Shown here piece after piece: positions 7,802 to 17,158 of a DNA stretch of 64,000 nucleotides. This stretch comes from Gemmatimonadales bacterium (GTDB taxonomy: Bacteria; Gemmatimonadota; Gemmatimonadetes; Gemmatimonadales; GWC2-71-9), in contig DASXTV010000044.1 of NCBI GenBank assembly GCA_036505175.1, positions 1,357 through 65,356 on the forward strand. The letters are read 5' to 3'. Every line of letters starts with the position of its first letter. Within the stretch, counting starts at the first letter, position 1. Position numbers and translations under genes: made by a program. The notes beneath the pieces were generated by a model. The model was not told the DNA's origin and ran no database searches. It saw nothing but the letters and a program-made list of their open reading frames with translations.

Positions 7802-8917
7802 TCAGCGCGGTGCGGCGGTAATCGGCAGCGCCGGAGCCAAACCCGCGGTACGCGTCGCCACGGTCCGGGCCAACTCGCGCAGCGCTACGCCAGCGGGCGA
7901 ATCGGGCTGACTCACGACAATCGGCTCGCCACGATCGGCGAGCTCCGCCATCCCGGCCTGCAACGGAATCTGCCCCAGCAGCGGCACGCCCAGCTCGGCC
8001 GCCAGGCGGCTGCCGCCACCCGCCAGAAACACCTCGGAGCGCGTGTTGCAATGCGGGCACACGAAGTGGCTCATGTTCTCGACGATGCCGACCACGCCGA
8101 CGCCGACGCGCTCGAACATTTTGGCGCCGCGCAGCGAATCGCCGACGGCCATCTCCTGAGGCGTCGTCACGATCAGCGCGCCGTGGAGGCGCACGATCTG
8201 CGTAAGCGAGAGCTGCGCGTCGCCCGTGCCCGGCGGCAGGTCGACGAGCAAGTAATCCAGCTCGCCCCAGGCGACGTCGTGCATGAACTGCGTGATGATT
8301 TTCATGATGATGGGGCCGCGCCAGATCGCGGGCGCGTCGCGCTCCACGATGAACCCCAGCGACATCAGCTTCACGCCGTGCGCCTCGAGCGGCTGAATCT
8401 TGCCGCCCTGAACCTCGGGCTTGCCGGTGACGCCGAACATGCGCGGGATATTGGGTCCGTAGATGTCCGCATCCATCAAGCCGACGCGGTGTCCGTCCCG
8501 GGCGAGGGCCGCCGCGAGATTCGCGGACACGGTCGACTTCCCGACGCCGCCTTTGCCGCTCGAGATCGCCAGTACCTTGCCGAGTGACGGCATTTCGTCC
8601 GGTGTCGGTGGCGCTGGAGGAGCGGGGGCCGGACGGCCGGACGGCCGGGCGGCCGGACGTTCTCCAGTATCGGCCGCATCCACGACGTTCATTTTCACCG
8701 CCGTCACGCCGGCGACGCCTTCGACCGCTTTGCGCGCCTGACGCGCGAGCGACCCCGGATCCTCCCGGGTGAGCACGAACGTGAACGTGACCGCGCCGGC
8801 CGAGTCGACAGTGACGTCTTTCACCATCCCGGCCGCGACGAGATCGCGGCCGTGGCGGGGATTAGTGATCCCGCCCAGCGCCCGCTCGACGTCCGTTTTG
8901 ATCGTCGGTGCGTTCAC
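7802..8917 (-). CDS. apbC: Mrp/NBP35-family Fe-S cluster carrier ATPase (ApbC)
   Basis: N-terminal DUF59-like domain, Pro/Ala linker, then AISSGKGGVGKSTVSANLA P-loop and a CPHC motif. GTG start at 8917 gives a GTGA overlap with the nrnA stop. The 666-aa track ORF is an upstream artefact. Confidence 0.9.
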   Translation of the reverse strand: MNAPTIKTDVERALGGITNPRHGRDLVAAGMVKDVTVDSAGAVTFTFVLTREDPGSLARQARKAVEGVAGVTAVKMNVVDAADTGERPAARPSGRPAPAPPAPPTPDEMPSLGKVLAISSGKGGVGKSTVSANLAAALARDGHRVGLMDADIYGPNIPRMFGVTGKPEVQGGKIQPLEAHGVKLMSLGFIVERDAPAIWRGPIIMKIITQFMHDVAWGELDYLLVDLPPGTGDAQLSLTQIVRLHGALIVTTPQEMAVGDSLRGAKMFERVGVGVVGIVENMSHFVCPHCNTRSEVFLAGGGSRLAAELGVPLLGQIPLQAGMAELADRGEPIVVSQPDSPAGVALRELARTVATRTAGLAPALPITAAPR

Positions 8918-9945
8918 GCGGGCTTGCCGTTGGCGAGGAACGCGCGCGCGGCGCTCAGCACCTTCTCCTCCACCTCCGCCATCGTGCCCGGCAATGACGC
9001 GCCCGCGGCGCGATGATGGCCGCCGCCGCCGAATTGATGGGCCAGCGCCGCGACGTCCACCTCGCCCATCGAGCGGAATGAGACTTTGACGCGGCCGTTG
9101 CCGATGTACCGAAACAGGAGCGCCATGCGGACCCCGGCAATCGAGCGCGGGAATTCGACGATGCCGTCGAGATCGTCCGCGGTCACCTCGTGGCGGCGCA
9201 GCGCGTCCGCCGGCACGCTGACCCACGCCAGGCCGACCTCCGGCTCCACGACCAGGGTCTGCAACACCTCGGCGAGCAGCCGCACGCGGCCCTCGGGCGC
9301 GCTGGCGTACACCGACGCATAGATCGACTCGGGATCGACCCCCTTCTCGAGCAGCGCCGCGGCGACGCGCAGGGCGCGGGCCGTCGTGTTGGAGAAGCGG
9401 AATCCGCCGGTGTCGGTGAGCAGCCCGACGTACAGCGCCTGCGCGACTTCGGCGGTCAGCGGCCATCCCGCCACGCCGGCAAGATCGAACACGAGCTCGG
9501 CGGTGGCGGTCGCTTCTGGCGCGATGAGGACGGGCCCCGCTGGCATTCTCACCGGACCGACATGATGATCGATGCAGACGAGCGGGAGGGGCGGGCGTCG
9601 CTTGCTGATCACCGTCGCCAGATTGCCGAGTCTGCTGAGGTCCCCGATGTCCAGCGATACGACGAGATCGGCGCGCTCGATCTCGCGCGCCGCCCGGTCG
9701 CTCCCATCCGCGCCGTCGGGAACCAGGAAGTGGAACCGCTCGGGGATCTCCGTGGGATTGGCGATGCTGACCGAAACATCGCGGGCCCGCAACAGATACC
9801 ACAGCCCGATCTCGCTCCCGACCCCGTCGCCATCGGCGTTGACGTGCGTCGTCAAGACGACGTGGCGGGCGCTGGTGAGCGCCGCTGCCACGTCGCGCGC
9901 CGCCTGGGCACGATCCGGCGGAACGGGAACGCCGTTCGCGTTCAT
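8914..9945 (-). CDS. nrnA: DHH/DHHA1 phosphoesterase (NrnA-like oligoribonuclease/pAp phosphatase)
   Basis: THVNADGDGVGS, CIDHH and GGGGHHRAAG motifs. Confidence 0.85.
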   Translation of the reverse strand: MNANGVPVPPDRAQAARDVAAALTSARHVVLTTHVNADGDGVGSEIGLWYLLRARDVSVSIANPTEIPERFHFLVPDGADGSDRAAREIERADLVVSLDIGDLSRLGNLATVISKRRPPLPLVCIDHHVGPVRMPAGPVLIAPEATATAELVFDLAGVAGWPLTAEVAQALYVGLLTDTGGFRFSNTTARALRVAAALLEKGVDPESIYASVYASAPEGRVRLLAEVLQTLVVEPEVGLAWVSVPADALRRHEVTADDLDGIVEFPRSIAGVRMALLFRYIGNGRVKVSFRSMGEVDVAALAHQFGGGGHHRAAGASLPGTMAEVEEKVLSAARAFLANGKPA

Positions 9946-9995
9946 TCTAGGGAAGATAATCGCCTGGCATCGGGCGCGTCACAGGCTAAGCCTGC

Positions 9996-10053
9996 GCTCG
10001 GGCAAGCACTGTCCTTAAGGACAACGTTTGCCGAGCACACCCTTCACGGGGTG
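9996..10053 (-). terminator. Hairpin cluster 3' of the permease gene (possible U-tract-less terminator)
   Basis: Stem CACCC/GGGTG (10038-10053) lies directly after the stop codon. A long imperfect hairpin at 9996-10036 is centred on the palindrome TGTCCTTAAGGACA. A third hairpin CAGGC-TAA-GCCTG lies at 9982-9994. No T-run. Confidence 0.3.
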
Positions 10054-10055
10054 AA

Positions 10056-11609
10056 TTACCGGGGCGGCTGGCCTCGCATGCCGCCCATGCCTGGTGACGC
10101 TCCAGCGCCGCCTGTCCCACCGGCGGTCAGCTCACGCTGCAAACGACTGTGCTTGCGGCTGTAGCTGAAGTAAATCACGAAGCCGATCAACAACCACACG
10201 AACAGTCGAATCCACGTGTCCCGCGGCAACGTCAACATCAGACCGAAGCAGGACACGATGGCGAGGATTGGGATGACCGGAACCCACGGCGTCCGGAACG
10301 GACGGTCCAGGTCCGGCCGCTTCTTGCGCAGCACCCAGACGCCGATCGACACCAACACGAAGGCAAGCAAGGTCCCGATATTCACGAGCTGGCCAAGCAG
10401 CTGCAGCGGCAGCAGGCCGGTGGCAAATCCGACGGCGATGCCGGTGAAAATCGTGGAGAGATACGGCGTCCGAAACTTGGGATGTACCGCCGCGGCCCAT
10501 TTCCCGAGCAAACCGTCGCGTGACATCGAGTAAAAGACGCGCGACTGGCCGAGCAACATCACCAGGATCACCGAGCCGAGTCCCAAAACGGCGCCGACGT
10601 CGACGGAGAGGCGGACCCATGTCGGCGCGCCGATTTGCTCCATCGCGTACGCCATCGGCGCCGGCAGGTTCAACGCCTTGTAAGGCACCATGCCGACGAG
10701 CACCGCGGACACGATGACATAGAGCAACGTACAGACCGCCAGCGATCCGAGAATACCGATCGGCATGTCCTTCTGCGGGTTTTTCGCTTCCTGCGCCGCT
10801 GTGGACACGGCGTCGAATCCGATGTACGCGAAGAAGACCAGTCCCGCACCGCGCAACACACCCGACCAGCCGTAGGTGCCCCACTCTCCCGCATTATCCG
10901 GAATGAACGGCTTGTAGTTGGCGGGCGTGATGTGGCCCAAACCGATCGCGACGATCAGCAGAATGATCGTGACTTTGAGAATCACGATGAAGTTGTTGAC
11001 GGTGGCCGATTCCTTGATCCCGATGACGAGCACGGTCGACATCAGTGCTACGATGAAGACGGCGGGGAGGTTGACCCACGCGCCCGTGAAGTTGAGGCCC
11101 GCGCTCGTGCATCCCGCGACCGCCTGCTGCACCTGGATCGCGGTGCACCACTGGGTGGGCGACGCGGCGAGGTGCGGCGGAATCGTGATGCCGAGCTGGG
11201 TTAGGAGGGAGACGAGGTGACCGGACCACCCCACTCCGACGGTCGCGGCGCCGGCGGCGTACTCGAGCACCAGATCCCACCCGATGATCCAGGCGACCAG
11301 CTCACCCATCGTCGCGTACGAGTAGGTGTACGCGCTGCCCGCGACCGGCACCGCGGACGCCATCTCGGCGTAGCAGAGACCCGCGAAAGCACAGGCGATG
11401 CCGACGAGCGTCATCGAGAGCGGGACCGCGGGGCCGGCGTGCAGCGCGGCGGCCTGGCCGGTGAGCACGAAGATGCCGGCGCCGATGATGGCGCCGATGC
11501 CCAGCGTGACCAGGTTCAGCGGTGTGAGCGCCCGTTTCAGCTGGTGCTCGCCCGCCGCGTCGGCTTCCGCGCGCAGGGTCGCGATGGATTTGGTAGCCCA
11601 CAAATTCAT
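10056..11609 (-). CDS. APC-superfamily amino acid permease (cationic amino acid transporter-like)
   Basis: 517 aa with about 12-14 TM segments. N-terminal LKRALTPLNLVTLGIGAIIGAGIFVLTG signature. Confidence 0.9.
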   Translation of the reverse strand: MNLWATKSIATLRAEADAAGEHQLKRALTPLNLVTLGIGAIIGAGIFVLTGQAAALHAGPAVPLSMTLVGIACAFAGLCYAEMASAVPVAGSAYTYSYATMGELVAWIIGWDLVLEYAAGAATVGVGWSGHLVSLLTQLGITIPPHLAASPTQWCTAIQVQQAVAGCTSAGLNFTGAWVNLPAVFIVALMSTVLVIGIKESATVNNFIVILKVTIILLIVAIGLGHITPANYKPFIPDNAGEWGTYGWSGVLRGAGLVFFAYIGFDAVSTAAQEAKNPQKDMPIGILGSLAVCTLLYVIVSAVLVGMVPYKALNLPAPMAYAMEQIGAPTWVRLSVDVGAVLGLGSVILVMLLGQSRVFYSMSRDGLLGKWAAAVHPKFRTPYLSTIFTGIAVGFATGLLPLQLLGQLVNIGTLLAFVLVSIGVWVLRKKRPDLDRPFRTPWVPVIPILAIVSCFGLMLTLPRDTWIRLFVWLLIGFVIYFSYSRKHSRLQRELTAGGTGGAGASPGMGGMRGQPPR

Positions 11610-11700
11610 GCGGGACTCCGTTCAGGAAGGTGACGAATCGACGGCACGGACCGACCCAAGGTTCGCCCGGGGGAACAATCTGTCAATAGAGAGGAAGGGT

Positions 11701-14256
11701 TTAGTAGGAAACTCTTACACGCAGAGTCCACAAGCGGGGCAACGGGATCGTGCCAGCATCGCTGATCGCCATCGGCGTGCTCGGGTCCTCGGCGCCGTAA
11801 CCGCCCACCTCGGGATCGCCGCCTGTGTATTTGGTCCACGTCGCGAGATTACGGCCGCCGAGAATCACGGCCGCCGACCGCGCACCGAACACCGCCGCGG
11901 CCCCTTCCGGTACGTCAAACGAGAGCGTGATCTCGCGCAGCTTTAGAAAATCGGCATCCTCATAGTAAGCCGTCGCGAGACGAGAGGCGGCCATTGCGGT
12001 GGCTTGGGCGGTGAGGGGCGTCGTCGGCACGACGCGTGCCGGGCAGAGATCGTACTGGCAACGCCAGTTGGCAGCTTGGTTGAACAGCGACTGGCCTGCG
12101 CGATAATCGAGAGTCGTCGAGAGGCGCCACCGTTTCATGAATCGCCACGAGGAAGTGAGCGCGGCGCCCTGCGTCGGATACGGCGTCCCCGTCCAAACGG
12201 CCGACGGCGCCATAGTGATTTCAAAGGGCGAGATGATGCCATCGCCGTTTGCGTCGGAATAACCAACGAGTGGTGTCGACCAATACCCGTTGGCCGGGTA
12301 GCCCTCCTGTACTCCTTGCCCCGTGGCGCCGCCAGGACCGACGTAGAAGTACGGTGGGACAACATGCTTCAAGACCCGATTGCGGTTGCCCCAGACTGAC
12401 AGCCGGACATCCCACGCCGCGGACGGGTGGTCGACGAGCTGTGTCGAGATCGTCGCCGCCATACCGCGATTGCCGATGACCGAACCCGAGAAATACCTGC
12501 CGTAATAGCCGCCGGCGCCGGACACGTATTGGAATTCGAGCACCCGAGACCGGGAATCGTAGACGGCGGCTTGGACATGAACTCTCCTCTCGAGCGCCAC
12601 GATCTCCCCACTCAATTCGGTGCCCCGCGTCAGTTCGGGCTGGAGCGGAGGTGGCGGCGGCACAAAGGCAGGGAGAAAGATGAGGACGAGACGGTTCGGG
12701 GGCGGCTGGCTGGATGATCCGTATGCCGCGCGCACCGCGACACGTTGCACGGCGCCGTGCTGCCCGGTTCGAGGAACCCAGTCGAGGCTTACGCTGGGAT
12801 GTGTCTGGGACCGTGGCTCCCAGTCATCGATGTGGTCGTGGCGCAAAGCCCCCGTCGCCGTGATCCGTCTACCGATGCCGATTTGCTGAACGCCATAGAC
12901 GCCGAGCGAGCTGAAGCGGCGTCGGGTTTCGACTGAGGACGACGCGCAGACCGGCCCGCCCGGACTGCAGAGCTGTGCCGTTTCGGAATATTCCCGCCCG
13001 CGATCGCTGAGATGCTCTATCCCGACCGTTGTCGTCCAACGCAAGCCCAAGAAAGCGACGTTGGACGCCGTTGCACCGAACGCCAGGGACTGGTTTTTCG
13101 ACGACCTTTGGCCGACCATCCGGACGCCTTCGAACCCGCCGCCGCCCGGGGCAACCTTGAGCTCGTTCTCCCCCAGGTCGTCCATCCCAACACTCGCGTG
13201 AAGTTGCAGCCAGGAAAGCGGCTGCCCATTGGCGCCCAATGAGAGGACGTTCCGCCTGAGTTGTTGTTTGCCCGGATCCTGAAAGAAGGGGGTCCACGTA
13301 AACCCGGTGCTATCGCTCGGCCCTGACAGGGCGTTGAGCACCGGCGCATACATGGGAAGACGAAGCGTGCTCGATGTCCGCGCGAGGTCGGCGTGGATCT
13401 CTAGATTCCGCATCGGGTGGAACGTGCCGCCGCCCCGCAGATTCCAGGCGCGATAATCGTCGGCCCAGGTCACCGCGGGCACGTCGTACGCCGTCGGGTC
13501 GCCATCGTACATCGCCGAAACGCGGAACGCGCCCCACGATGGGCCGCCACTTGCACTCAGGCCGATTTGGCGACGCGCGGCCGCGCTGAAGGGATTGCGC
13601 TGGACCAGCGGGTTAAAGGACTGCACATAATCTTGAACGCATGCCCCGGCCGCCTCCAGCCAGAGGCTGCACGCGCCGTGTTGGTACGAGGTGTTGGCAT
13701 TGTGGGCGTCGACGCCACCGTAATTGGTCGGCCACCGCGCCGGCATCGCTCGCGCCTCGGCCTGCGCGAAGCCGTCGACGCGAAGGGCGCCCGAGCGACC
13801 TCGCTTCGTCTGGATCAGGATCACCCCCGCGGCAGCGCCGGGTCCATAGATCGCCGAAGTAGCCGGTCCGCGGAGAACTTCGACGGACGCCACGTCCTCG
13901 ACGGGGATGTCATCCAGCCGTGACGGCCCGGGTCCACCGAGGGGGATTTGCGAATCGTCTTCGCGGGAGTCGATGCGCGTGCCATCGAGCAAAACGAGCG
14001 GAGGAAGATCGGCAATGAGGGAACGGACACCGGCGAAGCGCACTCGCGCGCCGCTGCCGCTGAGCCCCGATCCCGGCACGACGAGCAGACCCGGGACCTG
14101 ACTCGTCAACACCTCGCTTAGCGTGCGGGCCGTTCCATCGCGCACGAGCGCGGCGACGTCGATGGTGTAGCGATCCGGACTGGGAGGAGGCGGCGTGGTG
14201 TCGGGTGTTTGAGCGGCAAGAACCGGAGCCAACACGGCAAGAACCAGGACGTGCAT
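11701..14256 (-). CDS. TonB-dependent outer-membrane receptor
   Basis: Signal peptide ending AAQ. Plug-domain motifs (VEVLRGPATSAIYGPGAAAGVILIQTKRG). Long beta-rich C-terminal region ending in an aromatic residue. Confidence 0.85.
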   Translation of the reverse strand: MHVLVLAVLAPVLAAQTPDTTPPPPSPDRYTIDVAALVRDGTARTLSEVLTSQVPGLLVVPGSGLSGSGARVRFAGVRSLIADLPPLVLLDGTRIDSREDDSQIPLGGPGPSRLDDIPVEDVASVEVLRGPATSAIYGPGAAAGVILIQTKRGRSGALRVDGFAQAEARAMPARWPTNYGGVDAHNANTSYQHGACSLWLEAAGACVQDYVQSFNPLVQRNPFSAAARRQIGLSASGGPSWGAFRVSAMYDGDPTAYDVPAVTWADDYRAWNLRGGGTFHPMRNLEIHADLARTSSTLRLPMYAPVLNALSGPSDSTGFTWTPFFQDPGKQQLRRNVLSLGANGQPLSWLQLHASVGMDDLGENELKVAPGGGGFEGVRMVGQRSSKNQSLAFGATASNVAFLGLRWTTTVGIEHLSDRGREYSETAQLCSPGGPVCASSSVETRRRFSSLGVYGVQQIGIGRRITATGALRHDHIDDWEPRSQTHPSVSLDWVPRTGQHGAVQRVAVRAAYGSSSQPPPNRLVLIFLPAFVPPPPPLQPELTRGTELSGEIVALERRVHVQAAVYDSRSRVLEFQYVSGAGGYYGRYFSGSVIGNRGMAATISTQLVDHPSAAWDVRLSVWGNRNRVLKHVVPPYFYVGPGGATGQGVQEGYPANGYWSTPLVGYSDANGDGIISPFEITMAPSAVWTGTPYPTQGAALTSSWRFMKRWRLSTTLDYRAGQSLFNQAANWRCQYDLCPARVVPTTPLTAQATAMAASRLATAYYEDADFLKLREITLSFDVPEGAAAVFGARSAAVILGGRNLATWTKYTGGDPEVGGYGAEDPSTPMAISDAGTIPLPRLWTLRVRVSY

Positions 14257-14282
14257 ACTACCTCCGCCGACAACGGAGCGTG

Positions 14283-15740
14283 CTACAAGCTGTAGTTCGG
14301 CGCTTCTCGCGTGATGACGACATCGTGTGGATGAGATTCACGCAGCCCCGCCGTCGTGATCCGGATGAACTCGGTTTCCGTCCGCAGCGCAGCGATATCA
14401 CATACCCCGCAATACCCCATACCGCTCCGGAGCCCTCCGACCATCTGAAAGACGACGTCGGCAACCGGACCTCGGTAGGGTACCCGACCTTCGATCCCCT
14501 CCGGGACGAGCTTCTGCAGCGAGACCTCGCCCTCCTGGAAATAGCGGTCGGCCGACCCCTCTTCCATGGCCGACAGGCTGCCCATGCCCCGGATCACCTT
14601 GAACCGCCGCCCCTCGAGCAGGAACGACTCCCCCGGGCTTTCTTCGGTCCCCGCCAGCATCGAGCCCATCATCACCGACTCAGCGCCGGCTGCGAGCGCC
14701 TTCACCGCGTCGCCCGAGTACTTGATCCCGCCGTCGGCGATCACGGGAATGTCTCCGGCTCCGCGCACCGCATCCACGATGGCCGTGATCTGCGGGACGC
14801 CGATGCCGGTCACGACCCGCGTCGTGCAGATCGATCCCGGTCCCACGCCAACCTTGACGGCGTCGACCCCCCGCTCCACCAGTGCCCGCGCGCCCGCTTC
14901 CGTTGCAATGTTGCCGGCGATGAGCTGGGCGTCGGGGAACGCGTCGCGCAAACAGGCGATCGTATCCAGCACGCCTTGGCTGTGACCGTGCGCCGAGTCC
15001 ACGACGATCACGTCGCACCCGGCGTCGAGCAGCGCCTGGGCACGCGCCCGCGCGTCCGGCGTGCCACCGACCGCCGCGGCAACACGCAACCGGCCGTGCT
15101 GGTCCTTGTTGGCGTCCGGATATTGGCGCCGCTTGAAGATGTCCTTGATGGTGATGAGACCCTTCAGCACGCCCTGCTTGTCCACGACCGGCAATTTCTC
15201 GATGCGATGTTTCGCGAGAATGCGCTCGGCTTCGTCGAGGGTGGTGCCGACGGGCGCCGTCACGAGTTTGTCTTTGGTCATCACATCGCGAATCGGCCGG
15301 TCAAGCTCGCGCTCGAACTGCAAATCACGATTCGTGATGATGCCGACCAGTTTCCCCGATCCATCGACGATCGGGACGCCCGAGATCTTGAAGCGCATCA
15401 TCAGCTGTTGCGCCTCACGCAGCGGGCGGTCCGGTCCGAGCGTGATCGGGTTCATGATCATTCCCGATTCGCTGCGCTTCACCCGGTCGACCTCGGCCGC
15501 CTGACGGTCGATCGGCATGTTCTTGTGGATGACGCCGATCCCGCCCAGACGCGCCATGGCCATCGCCATCTCCGCTTCGGTCACGGTATCCATGGCGGCG
15601 GAGACGATCGGGATATTCAGTGGAATGGCGCGAGTGAAGCGGCTGGCGACGACGACGTTGCGGGGATGCACCGTCGCGTGACGGGGCACGAGCAGGACGT
15701 CGTCAAAGGTCAGGGCGACGTCGGGTCGGAAGGTTCCCAT
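14283..15740 (-). CDS. guaB: IMP dehydrogenase
   Basis: [10 protein letters not shown], tandem CBS insert, [11 protein letters not shown] catalytic loop, GGIKYSGD. Confidence 0.97.
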   Translation of the reverse strand: MGTFRPDVALTFDDVLLVPRHATVHPRNVVVASRFTRAIPLNIPIVSAAMDTVTEAEMAMAMARLGGIGVIHKNMPIDRQAAEVDRVKRSESGMIMNPITLGPDRPLREAQQLMMRFKISGVPIVDGSGKLVGIITNRDLQFERELDRPIRDVMTKDKLVTAPVGTTLDEAERILAKHRIEKLPVVDKQGVLKGLITIKDIFKRRQYPDANKDQHGRLRVAAAVGGTPDARARAQALLDAGCDVIVVDSAHGHSQGVLDTIACLRDAFPDAQLIAGNIATEAGARALVERGVDAVKVGVGPGSICTTRVVTGIGVPQITAIVDAVRGAGDIPVIADGGIKYSGDAVKALAAGAESVMMGSMLAGTEESPGESFLLEGRRFKVIRGMGSLSAMEEGSADRYFQEGEVSLQKLVPEGIEGRVPYRGPVADVVFQMVGGLRSGMGYCGVCDIAALRTETEFIRITTAGLRESHPHDVVITREAPNYSL

Positions 15741-15748
15741 CTCGGAAG

Positions 15749-16087
15749 TTACTGGGGGGGCTTCGTTTCCTCAACCTGTTGTTCGGGAGGGGCCGGCTTC
15801 CGCTTCGCCTCCTCGACCGCCGCTTTGCCCGCAGCGGCCAAGCCCTCGAAGAACTTCCCGGCCTTTCCGACCGCGTCCATGGTGCCGCGAATGATCGTGA
15901 CCGGCACGCGTCCCGCGCGCATCGTGTCTTCCAGCGTCTCCGCGACCTTCTGGAACGCCGGAGCGCCGGCGGCCCGTTGCGAGTACTTGGACTCGAGGAA
16001 TTCGATGTAATCGAGCACCTGGTACGCTTGCTCGTCCGGCATGACGTCGAGCTTGCGCCGAATGCGCTCATTGAGAACGTCGTTCAC
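15749..16087 (-). CDS. Hypothetical protein with DUF2281-like N-terminus
   Basis: GTG start at 16087 forms a GTGA overlap with the upstream stop. The N-terminal [20 protein letters not shown] resembles the DUF2281 motif (from memory). The upstream part of the 244-aa track ORF is Arg/Pro-rich junk. Confidence 0.5.
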   Translation of the reverse strand: MNDVLNERIRRKLDVMPDEQAYQVLDYIEFLESKYSQRAAGAPAFQKVAETLEDTMRAGRVPVTIIRGTMDAVGKAGKFFEGLAAAGKAAVEEAKRKPAPPEQQVEETKPPQ

Positions 16088-17148
16088 GGTGTGAGGCCTC
16101 CCTCCAGCAAGATCAGGTCCACGACCGGATTGCCGAGATAGCGGCTGCGGCCGTTTCGCACCCGGGCCGTGATTGTCATCGTGACGAGCGGTGTGAGCGC
16201 ACGGAACGCGGGCAACCTGCCATCGGGGACGATGATGTACACGAAGCCCCGCTCCGGCAGCGGTCCGCGCGCGAGCACGTAGGTGGCGCCGGTGGGGATG
16301 TCGGGTCGCAACTCGTCGGCCTTCTGGATCGCGATGAATTCGAGGTTCCAGCGAAGCACCTGGCCCGCGTACCGCTGCGGCTCGGCGCGGAGCTCCGCCG
16401 CGGTGACGCCGACCAGCACGCCGGCGGGCGCGGCCTGGAGATCGCCGCCTTTGACCCAGCCCTCGAACTGGACGCGGGTCCACTCACCGTTGCGACTCAG
16501 GACACGCAGCGGGGTGTCGGTCGTCACCGTGCCGGCCTCGGGGCCGTCCGGCGCGCGGTACAGCGTCGTCACGCGCACCGGCTGGGCACGGCTCGAGTCC
16601 ACCCGCATGGTGTCCCCGGCGCGCGGCGCCGGGGTTGGGCCACCCTGGTTGGTGTCGGCGGCGCTGCCGCTCGAGTCCACGGTTCGCGTGGCCACCACGT
16701 CGGCGAGAGGTGTGAGCGCGCTGCGCTGCACCCAGCCGATGCGTGTCACATGCACCCACCGGCCGCTGCTGTCGGGCGACGCGCGCTTGAGTCCGAACCC
16801 CTGCGCGAGCTCGGCGACCAAGGGTCCCGCCGGCGCGGCGCGGAGGTTTTCGGTGGGCGAGCGCGTCACGAGCAGGTCGAAGTCGGGCCGATCGCTCGGG
16901 CCGACGGACGTGGAAAAGATCCAGCCGTCGAGCAAGACCTGCATCCAGTCGTTGCGAGTTGCGCCGCCGGCCAGTACGGCGCCGCGTGCGAGGCGCGCGA
17001 CGCGACGGCCCGCGACGTCTTGATAGAACCAGGCATTGTCGACGCCGACGCGATAGCGGCTGGCCGCCTGAGCGGCCACGGGCGCGGCCGCTGCAGTCGC
17101 AAGGCTCAGCGCAGCTAGTAGGCTGCGAACGATCTGGCTAACTTGCAT
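16084..17148 (-). CDS. Hypothetical exported protein with SH3b-like repeats
   Basis: Start chosen at MQVSQIVRSLLAALSLATAAAAPVAAQ (signal peptide). Recurrent W..V...GWV segments suggest bacterial SH3-like modules (weak). Confidence 0.6.
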   Translation of the reverse strand: MQVSQIVRSLLAALSLATAAAAPVAAQAASRYRVGVDNAWFYQDVAGRRVARLARGAVLAGGATRNDWMQVLLDGWIFSTSVGPSDRPDFDLLVTRSPTENLRAAPAGPLVAELAQGFGLKRASPDSSGRWVHVTRIGWVQRSALTPLADVVATRTVDSSGSAADTNQGGPTPAPRAGDTMRVDSSRAQPVRVTTLYRAPDGPEAGTVTTDTPLRVLSRNGEWTRVQFEGWVKGGDLQAAPAGVLVGVTAAELRAEPQRYAGQVLRWNLEFIAIQKADELRPDIPTGATYVLARGPLPERGFVYIIVPDGRLPAFRALTPLVTMTITARVRNGRSRYLGNPVVDLILLEGGLTP

Positions 17149-17158
17149 CCCCTTCAAT

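Noticed and set aside
8627-8658. Tandem octamers GGCCGGAC x4 (third copy GGCCGGGC) inside the apbC gene
   Set aside because: They encode the Pro/Ala/Arg-rich linker (RPAARPSGRPAP) between the DUF59-like and P-loop domains. Low-complexity linkers in high-GC genes commonly generate such short DNA repeats. There is no evidence of any function beyond that.
7802-9802. 666-aa ORF that appears to fuse the Mrp/ApbC gene with upstream sequence
   Set aside because: The first 295 codons overlap the nrnA gene out of frame and are Arg/Gly junk. A GTG at 8917 gives a GTGA overlap with the nrnA stop and a normal Mrp N-terminus. The same reasoning shortened the track ORFs 27459-29126, 49512-53186, 52879-53961, 61741-63177, 37157-38800, 16084-17301, 15749-16483, 21347-22258, 23071-23799 and 23670-25022.
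11610-11700. Possible riboswitch or promoter in the 91-nt leader of the amino-acid permease
   Set aside because: A perfect TTGACA (complement of 11681-11686) and a GGAG 7 nt before the ATG are present. However, no convincing -10 box lies at 16-19 nt spacing. The leader is too short and unstructured for known amino-acid riboswitch classes.
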